The notes under the pieces are model-generated. The model searched no databases and was not told where the DNA came from. It worked only from the letters and a program-made list of their open reading frames with translations. From NCBI GenBank assembly GCA_048013815.1, contig CM106586.1:310001-374000 (forward strand): a stretch of DNA of 64,000 nt. The letters are read 5' to 3'. Positions 55,311 to 64,000 of this stretch are shown in pieces. Made by a program: the position numbers and the translations under genes. Positions within the stretch are counted from its first letter, which is position 1, and every line of letters starts with the position of its first letter. This stretch comes from Setoptus koraiensis. Lineage: Eukaryota; Animalia; Arthropoda.

Positions 55311-57045
55311 CAAATGTGTTCAGCATCAAGGTGGACAAACATATAATAACCGAATCTAAACTGGTTAGAATATTGGGTTTATACATAAACAATGAACTTA
55401 CGTGGACCGAACATGTAGAAATATCAATGAAAAAAGCAAATACAAAGTGGCAACTACTATCGCCCGCTTGCAGCAACAAGTGGGGACTAGACCCCAGGAA
55501 TGCAATACGAATCTTTGAAGGAGCCATCCAGCCAGTACTCACGTACGGATCACCGATCTGGCACAAGGTGGTGAAAAGTAGAAAATGCACTAATGCCCTG
55601 GTCAAATGGCAGAGAGAGAAACTAGTAAGGCTCTGTAGGGCATACTCAAAGATATCTAGCTCAATAGCAAACATTGTTAGCGGAGTCCTACCTATTAATT
55701 TATTAATCGAAGAACAAGCCATAAACTGGTACCTAAGCAATGTGCATGGCTATACACACTCGCACAAAGGACAAACACCGGGTAATTTGTCATTAATTAG
55801 GAGGTGCAGAATCAAGGTAGGAATACCGGAAATAATAAAAACACATCAACTACCGGCACCAAACACATACGTAAGACGGGTCAACAATAAAAGAACAAAA
55901 AGAGGATACAGCCTGCTCACAACACCAATAGGAAGTCACATTGAGCATCATTATATTAAGGCTGAAGAGGATGCCACTCATGTATACTCATACCACCTGG
56001 ATTTCCTAACTGGCGAGACTATCAAAGCGTATAGACTTAGGAAGACACCGATATGGAAAGGAACGACAGTTACAATGCAACTATTGGCAACAGAATACAT
56101 TGTGGATCAACTCAAAAGAAGACGACAAAACGTTCCACTTTATTTACTTCGAGAACGAAACAGGCATCAAATACAGTGAGCTGATCCACAGAGATATGAA
56201 CAACTCAGACTCGGCAAATGCAATCAGGCTGATCTGGGCAAACATTGAATACATCAAACTATACGAAACAAGCGAGATATGGCCGGAAGTAGACACAAGT
56301 ATACGACATAGACTCAGAAAAAGTAAAAGATCATAAAGCCCAAGTTAGAAAATGGATGGCAGACATTTGGAATGACTGTTATCTAAGAGAGAACGCTGAT
56401 CCAAAAACCTGGGGCAAGCACACCCGACGAATATTTCCCAATGTTATCGACAGACTTCAGATGAAATGGATTACTCCGGGCTATCGGATGACGCAGATTT
56501 TAACAGGCCATGGCTATTTTAACGATATGCTAAGCAAACAAGAACTGGTTAGATATCCCTACTGTGAACCGTGCGCAAGTCGCAACATCAGGGCCATAGA
56601 TAATGCGGAACATTACACATTTGAATGCCAGGCATACAATGAGGACAGACAGGTCTTGGAAGAGTATATCAAACCAAAAGGGTACAATACACTGAAGGAT
56701 ATTATGGCAGATAGAACTGCCTATTACAGGCTCAAGAAATTCATTCATAAGAATAAAAAGCTTGACTGGATCGAGAATTCCCGAATAGCATTATTGGCAA
56801 TCAATGATGGGACCAATCACGAAGGATAACAAAACACAAGTCAATTTAATCAATTGTCAACTAATGTAATCGGCTGAAATAAGATGTAAGACACGCAGGG
56901 ATTCGGGCTCTGACGGTCTTTTAAACTTTAAAACCCGGCGGGTCATATAACTCATGGTCGATAGTTCCCAAATGAGTTGCACCACGACCAATGTAATGTA
57001 TCATATCTTCTTTTGATGTAACATATATATAAATAAAAGCCACTT

Positions 57046-57118
57046 AACCAACAACCAACCAAAACAACCAACAACCAAAACCAACCAACCAAACCAACCA
57101 ACCAAACAAACCAACCAA
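57046..57118 (+). repeat. (AACC)n tract at 3' end of non-LTR element, right copy
   Basis: Imperfect AACC run after AATAAAAGCCACTT. Confidence 0.9.
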
Positions 57119-57120
57119 TT

Positions 57121-57678
57121 TTGCACGCTCCACCGGAGCGCGCTTTACAAATTATCAGAATAACGCAAGTTCAGCAGCAGCGCCACCCAGTGTCAGCTCG
57201 TGCAGATGCTCCGGCGGAGCGCGCATTACAAACTATCAAAAATACTCATGTTCACGCACAGCGCCATCCAGTGTCATTTTCCAGACACGCCCCGGCGGAG
57301 CGCGCATTACAAACTATTGGAATAACACATGTCCAGCAACAGCGCCACCCAGTGTCAACTAGTACATATGCTCCGGCGGAGCGCGCATTACAAATTGGGA
57401 GAAACACACGTGACTACACACAGCGCCATCATGCGGACATGGACGCACACGCTCCGGCGGAGCGCGCATTACGAATTGCGAATCAAACACATGATCACGC
57501 ACAGCGCCATCATGCGGACATGGACGCACACGCTCCGGCGGAGCGCGCATTACAAATCATGAGATATCCATTGTCAGAGAATGTAAACCTATGAATCACT
57601 TATACGCATGCGTAGACGCTCCGATATATAAACGGAGCGCACACTTTAAATAAACTCAGATTTGATCACCAGTTCTAA
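57121..57678 (+). repeat. Gypsy-4 5' LTR region with ~81-bp tandem repeats
   Basis: GCTCCGGCGGAGCGCGCATTAC unit ~6 times; TATATAAA, AATAAA, ends TTCTAACA before CGGAGGTTCT; true 5' end not seen. Confidence 0.7.
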
Positions 57679-57771
57679 CACGGAGGTTCTGCCCTCAAAC
57701 TCGTAATAACTACCAAAAGAAAAGTATCGTCATGGACAACAATCAAGAACTACAACGACAAATAGAGTCGG

Positions 57772-58599
57772 GGGTGTTCTTGCAATTAGGTCCCAGCGCC
57801 GATCATCACGAAACTTGACACACGGGCCCCGCAGGGGCCCCACATCATGGATTAGGTGGTCTGGAAGTGCGGAAACTTCTGAATCACAGAACTTCTGAGA
57901 ATCAGGTAAATGACCTTCAGCGGAGCAAGATGGAATCTAAATCAATCCGGTATCACTTCCGGTTTGCTAGATATCAAGGTTCAACTGAAATTAGAGGTGC
58001 GGCCGGGCCTGTGCGGTTGCGGCAAGCGGGCCCATACTGTGCACAGACTGCGCAACACCATGTATTAGCATGTAATTCAGTTGTTCCTACTTGTCTCATC
58101 CTTATTTTTTATTCGCCCCTTCATTTGTGGGTGGATTGCAGTCATGTGAGCGGAGGGTAGAGGGCGCAGCCCGATACCCGAAGCGCTCATCAACCCTACC
58201 CGAAGGGTTCCCGTCGCACGCAGTCGTCGCGGGAGCGACGACGGAGATGTGACGGCCTCCAGAATACGAGGCCGAAGGCCGAGTTCTAAGAACAATTGCA
58301 GGCTCATCCCTGAGTGTAGCGAAGCATGAATTTGGCAACTTCCGGTCTCTCAACTCTTGGGATATCGCTATAACCAGAGAACCGGAAGTGGTAAAGAGCT
58401 AAAACTTATGTCATTGTGTTGATCGTCATCTGGAACGTCATTCTGATGAGTTTCAACTCTCTAGAAGCAACTTAAGGTAAAACCGGAACCGGAAGTTTCC
58501 GCACTTCCGGACCACTTTTCCTGATGGTTTCGGGTCAAGATGAACCTGTACCGGAACTTTCATCATAATCGGCGCTGGGACCTAATCGCTAGAACAACC
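57772..58599. mobile_element. Family-M MITE (828 bp), TSD AGAGTCGG
   Basis: TSD at 57764-57771 and 58600-58607. Confidence 0.95.
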
Positions 58600-59177
58600 A
58601 GAGTCGGTAAACAGATCGAACCCCAGTAGAGAAGACAAACAGAGAATAGTCGAAGCCTTGCAAAGAATCAACGCGCCACCAGTTGAAGAAAATGAAGAAG
58701 TTGACGAAGAAATCGACGACGAGGAAGAAACAATCTCTGGGTCAAGTGCACGTGACCCAGAAGAGCAACAATCCAGCCGCGACTTCGACGACTTTTACAG
58801 CGATGAAATCAACTCGGGCGGCCGAGCACCGGCCCACAAATTCACGACAAAAGAAATGCGACCCGAGGACTTCGATGGAAACACCGCTAAAGCAAGACAA
58901 TGGATGTCAGACTACCATTATTGCGCGACAGTTAATAGGTGGTCAAGTCGACAAAAAGCAGAGAGGCTACCAGCCTTTCTGACCAAAAGTGCGAGAAATT
59001 GGTATAAGGTCTCAATTATGAATCAGCCAATCGACAAAGATTTCGCAAGCATAGAGAGACAATTTAATTTGGTATTCATACCGCATTCAAACAAGGCTAA
59101 CAAAGCGAGAGAAATAGACCTCAGGAGACAGACGCCGAGCGAAGAAGTGAGTAACTTCATAGTAGACATGCGCTCAC

Positions 59178-62139
59178 GGTTGTTCTAGCGATTAGGTCCC
59201 CAACCGGATCTTGATGAAACTTCCGGTATAGGTCTATTCTGACCTAACTAAGACAAAAAAAGTGGTCCGGAAGCCAGGAAACTTCCGGTTCCGGTTTTAC
59301 ATAAAGTTAAAGCTAGAGCTCTGAAATTCACTACAGAGACGTTTCAAGCTACGTTGAACACGATGACATGATTCTCAGCTCTGTGCGACTTCCGGTTTTC
59401 GAGATATAGAGATATTACTGGGGTTAGAATACCGGAAATGACCAAATTATTGCTTCGCTGCGCTCAGGGATGCACATGCGGTGTGTCTGAGAACTCGGCC
59501 TGCGGCCTCGTATTCTGGAGGCCGTCACATCTCCGTCGTCGCTCCCGCGACGACTGCGTGCGACGGGAACCCTTCGGGTAGGGATGATGAGCGCTTCGGG
59601 TATCGGGCTGCGCCCTCTACCCTCCGCTCACATGACTGCAATCCAAACACAGCTGCAGGCGGGAAGAGTGAACGAACCAACTAATTCGTTGATATTCAGG
59701 GTTACAAGTAATACTGATCAAATCAGTATTTCGAGCGCTTAATTTTTCGTGTGGACAAGTATTGTTGAAGGATTCAAAGGAGTTTATTACAACCTGTTAA
59801 CCACCGAACTTCAAAATGTGACCATTAAACATAGACCATCGAACACTGACCACCGAACATCGAACGAGCAGATGGAACTGTCATCGGAAATTCGAATTTT
59901 CAATTTCGAAGTTCGAATTGTGACCAGCGAACTTCGTATTGTGACCATCGAACTCTGTACAAGCACCTGGAACTCGTATCGGAAATTCGAATTTTTCAAT
60001 TTCGAAGTTCGAAATGTGACCATCGAACTCTGTACAAGCACTTGGAACTCCAAATTTCTTTCGCAGCATGATTCACATGTTGATTGCATGCGTACGGATT
60101 TTGGTAAGATTCTAATGGTCAGTTTCGCCACAATGAGTAATTTAGTTAGTCACACAAATTAGTCAATGGCGCACACTTGGTTATTGTGCATCAATTTCGA
60201 ATATCGAAGTTCGAATTGTGACCATCGAACTCTGTACGAGCACCTGGAACTAGTATCGGAAATTCGAATTTTCAATTTCGAATTTCCAAGTTCGACGTTC
60301 GGAATTTGACCATCGAACCTCGACAGAGCAGATTAAACTATCATTAGGAATTCGAATTTTCAATTTCGAAGTTCGAAATGTGACCATCGAACTCTGACCA
60401 TCGAACACTGACCACCGAACTCCGACAGAGCAGATGAAACTATCATCAGAAAATCGAATTTTCAATTTCGAATTTCGAAGTTCGAATTGTGGCCACCGAA
60501 CTTCGAATTGTAACCATCGAACTTCGACGGAGCAGATGGAACTATCATCAGGAAATCGAATTTTCAATTTCGAATTTCGAAGTTCGAATTGTGGCCACCG
60601 AACTTCGAATTGTAACCATCGAACTTCGAATTGTGACCATCGAACTCTGTACAAGCACCTGAAACTAGTATCGGAAATTCGAATTTCCAATCTTCGAACT
60701 TCAAATTGTTACCACCGAACTTCGAAATGTGACCATCGAACATTGACCATCGAACTCTGACCATCGAACTTCGGCGAAGCAGATGAAACTATCATCAGAA
60801 ATTCGAATTTTCAATTTCGAATTTCGAAGTTCGAAATGTGACCATCGAACTTCGAATTGTAACCACCGAACTTCGAATTGTGACCATCGAACTCTGTACG
60901 AGCACCTGGAACTAGTATCGGAAATTCGAATTTTCAATTTCGAATTTCCAAGTTCGACGTTCGGAATTTGACCATCGAACCTCGACAGAGCAGATTAAAC
61001 TATCATTAGGAATTCGAATTTTCAATTTCGAAGTTCGAAATGTGACCATCGAACTCTGACCATCGAACACTGACCACCGAACTCCGACAGAGCAGATGAA
61101 ACTATCACTAGGAAATCGAATTTTCAATTTCGAAGTTCGAAATGTGACCATCGAACTCTGACCACCGAACTCCGACAGAGCAGATGAAACTATCACTAGG
61201 AAATCGAATTTTCAATTTCGAATTTCGAAGTTCGAAATGTGACCATCGAACTCTGACCACCGAACTCCGACAGAGCAGATGAAACTATCATCAGGAAATC
61301 GAATTTTCAATTTCGAATTTCGAAGTTCGAAATGTGACCATCGAACTCTGACCATAGAACTAAGAACACTCAACCACTAACTTCGAACTAGCAGCTGAAA
61401 CTCTCATCAGAAATCCGAATTTTCAATTTCGAATTTCGAAGTTCGAAATGTTACCACCGAACTCTGACCATAGAACTAAGAACACTCAACCACTAACTTT
61501 GAACGAGCAGCTAAAACTCTTATTAGAAATTCGAATTTTCAATTTTGAAGTTCGATTTGTCACCACCGAGCTCCTCACAAATTCGACCTAGTCAAATCTC
61601 CATAGGATTGCATACGAAATATTTTCGAGTAAAGCGATAATAGACCAAGTCAAATCTACATCGGAATACATGTGTAATATCTAGCAGGATTCTCACAAAT
61701 TTGACTAAGTCAAACCTCCATAGGATTACATAGTCACGTGAATAAACCTAGTCATCATCACCACCCCAATAGCAGCTTAATTAAAATTAAGCGCTAAAAA
61801 TGACCGAAACAGACATGGATACAGGGTGTTGCGCGCGCGAGGCACAGGATGGGTCCGCTCATCGCGACCGCACAGGGCCCGGCCACACCCTTTTTTGCGT
61901 TAAACAGCTATATCTAGGTAACCGGAAGTGGCAGAAGATTAATTTTGATTTCATCGTGCTCCGCTAGGCGTCATCTATCCGATTATGAATTTTCAAAGCT
62001 TTATCTCAATCTTTTGGTAACTCCGGAACCGGAAGTTTCCTGGCTTCCGGTCTACTCATTCCCTGATATGGGGCCCCTACGGGACCCATGTGTGAAGTTT
62101 CATCGAAATCTGAGTGGGGACCTAATCGCAAGAACACCC
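59178..62139. mobile_element. Family-M MITE containing a HINE, TSD GCGCTCAC
   Basis: TSD at 59170-59177 and 62140-62147. Confidence 0.95.
59704..61800 (-). mobile_element. Complete HINE (~2.1 kb) with TTCGAA satellite
   Basis: Both termini present; nested gypsy > MITE > HINE. Confidence 0.9.
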
Positions 62140-62734
62140 GCGCTCACTGTGCCTAGAGTATAACGAGTCCATGCCAGAAGTCGAAATGGTGGATAAAATA
62201 AAAGCGAGAGTCCTGCCATCATTCGAGCCGAATCTTACTCAGGCGGACCCTCAAACCATAGCAGATCTAATGAGAACATGCACCCTTCTGGAAGAAGGTA
62301 TGCGAAAAAAGAGCCCGAAGCAAGCCGAGGTTAACATGGTTCAACGAAACCTAGTTTGCTATGAATGTAAAGGTATCGGACATCCCGCAAAAGTATGTCC
62401 TAGTAGAACGAACAATAGCGCAGGAAACAAATTCAATCAACACCCGAAAACACAGAATAACCGATATCGGGAAGGAGACTCAAAACACAACGAATCCAAC
62501 AATAGAAACAAGTCATCGTACCCACCCGCCAACAACAATGCAGCAAACCGAGGCCGAGGAGGGTACAGGAGGCACTCTCACAGATACAATGAGCAGAAAA
62601 ATCCCACAGCAGGCCCCAGTGGCAACACCAATAACAACGATACACCAAGGAATAATCAAGAGAGGAACCAACCACCTAGAAATAACTATCGTGGTAATCA
62701 AAACAACAGACAAGGACACAGAAGGTCAAACTAG

Positions 62735-64000
62735 GCACCGAACATGTGCGCATTCATACGTCCGACCGCACACATCTATACAAAAATAACTGTAAACAAG
62801 GTGAATATCAACGCCATGGTCGACTGCGGCACGACGGTAACAATCATCAATGAAAAAGTGGCGGAGAAGTACAGATGGCCCATCTCAAACAGCGAAAATG
62901 TAAACCTCCAATCAGCAAAAGGCGACCGTCTAGACGTATGTGGCCAAATCATAGCCAAAATATCGCTTAATGTAGAGGACAAGATTTTAACGACGGAACA
63001 CCCCGTCATCGTAACCAAGGATCTGCCCACACAGATGCTACTGGGTCTAGATATATTAGCAGACCTAAACATCCTCATCAACACAAAAGAAGGCTCACTA
63101 CATCTCACAAAGAAAGAAGCATCGACGAGGAAACAAACCATTGTTTCACAGTATCAAACGAAATCATACCTGCGAGAGCATCAGCCTGTATCGAAGCAAT
63201 GTTCCCAAAGTCGGCAGAAGTGAACACAGTGCTCAACAACACATGCCTAGACCCGAACGGTATCGTCATCCCCAACATCATCGTTAAGCCAAAGAAACAA
63301 AAAGCAATGGTCATAGTGACCAACATGAGCGACAAACCTGTAAAGATGAGAGCACGCACTAAATTATCAAGATGGGAAAACATAGAAAGCGACAACAATT
63401 CATCAGTGAACGCGGTCATAAACTGCGGCGACATGATCCTTAATGTCGGTGACCAATTAGACATCAACCAGAAGGAACAAATAAGAAATCTTGTAGCAAA
63501 CAACAAAGACGTGTTTTCCGATGGCGACCACATCGGGAGAACCAATATAACGAAACATAAAATCGACATGGTCGACCGTACACCCATCAATCAGCCGCTG
63601 AGGAGATCAGCCTATACAGAGAGAGAAATCATCCAGGAGAATGTCGACAAAATGCTTAAGGCAGGCATAATCCAACACTCAGAGTCGCCATTTAACAGCC
63701 CGATCGTATTGGTCAGAAAACGCGATGGTTCCATCCGTTGCTGCATAGACTTTAGGGCAATAAATGCGAGAACAAAGAAATGGGCCTTCCCGTTGCCACG
63801 GCAAGAAGATATTCTAGAAGGGTTGGCAGGCTCCAAGTATATAACAACTTTCGACTGTAATCAAGGATACCATCAGATAGAATTAGAGGACTCGTCGAAA
63901 GAACTCACCGCCTTCTCAACACCCGAATCGCATTATGAATACACCGTAATGCCATTCGGGCTGTGTAACGCAGCACAGACATTTCAGCGAACAATAAACA
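62735..64000 (+). pseudogene. pol: Gypsy-4 pol (PR, dUTPase-like spacer, RT), one frameshift ~63145, runs off window
   Basis: AMVDCGT; then SPIVLVRKRDGSIRCCIDFRAIN, FDCNQGYHQI, MPFGLCNA; in frame with gag after one TAG. Confidence 0.9.

Larger units (their letters stand above)
50348..56829 (+). pseudogene. pol: ORF2 (APE-RT) right copy, interrupted by HINE, MITE and frameshifts
   Basis: Segments 50348-51286, 52378-54302, 55311-56829. Confidence 0.9.
47132..57045 (+). mobile_element. R1-like non-LTR retrotransposon, right (more decayed) copy
   Basis: Mirror of left copy; extra HINE, YVDD and GCPRGS substitutions, 14-nt deletion near 56120 and a further frameshift near 56300. Confidence 0.9.
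37932..57236. repeat. Giant inverted duplication: arms 37932-46970 and 47132-~57236, ~160-bp spacer
   Basis: All ORFs mirrored (585 aa, ORF1, ORF2 parts, MITE); arms differ by SNPs, small indels and one HINE. Confidence 0.95.
57732..62734 (+). pseudogene. gag: Gypsy-4 gag split by two MITEs (57732-57771, 58608-59177, 62148-62734)
   Basis: MDNNQELQRQIES|VNRS.. and ..VDMRS|LCLEY.. restore frame; RPEDFDG..NRW..LPAFL; CYECKGIGHPAKVC. Confidence 0.85.

Noticed and set aside
59575-59600. Hammerhead ribozyme core (TGATGAG)
   Set aside because: No CUGA start in most copies and no GAAA/stem III partner.
5845-64000. Flamenco-like uniform antisense orientation of TE fragments
   Set aside because: Retroelement fragments are split about equally between strands.

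Overview
Eukaryotic (invertebrate-like) transposon-saturated DNA. No conventional host gene, RNA gene or CRISPR array is recognisable. Two exact 500-N gaps (6879-7378, 37432-37931) split the window into three contigs. Contents: (i) at least four Ty3/gypsy families, one with gag, pol and env in a single frame, one complete element with an extra ORF running into its 3' LTR, plus pol, integrase and env fragments; (ii) a Ty1/copia fragment and a DD36E Tc1 transposase; (iii) a GG-ended MITE family with 8-bp TSDs; (iv) a Helentron-type (HINE/DINE-1-like) non-autonomous family carrying expandable satellites; (v) a ~19 kb inverted duplication of an R1-like non-LTR retrotransposon. The standout is this non-LTR element. 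The position of ORF1 is held by a 1184-codon stop-free frame with no recognisable gag/ORF1 motif. It is the exact codon-for-codon reverse complement of an intact 585-aa orphan gene, and it ends in a -1 overlap with APE-RT ORF2 that contains an in-phase A_AAA_AAG slippery heptamer. A diverged paralogue fragment at ~30.2 kb shows the antisense protein is the conserved one while the opposite frame also stays open. This suggests an 'ambigrammatic' retrotransposon.
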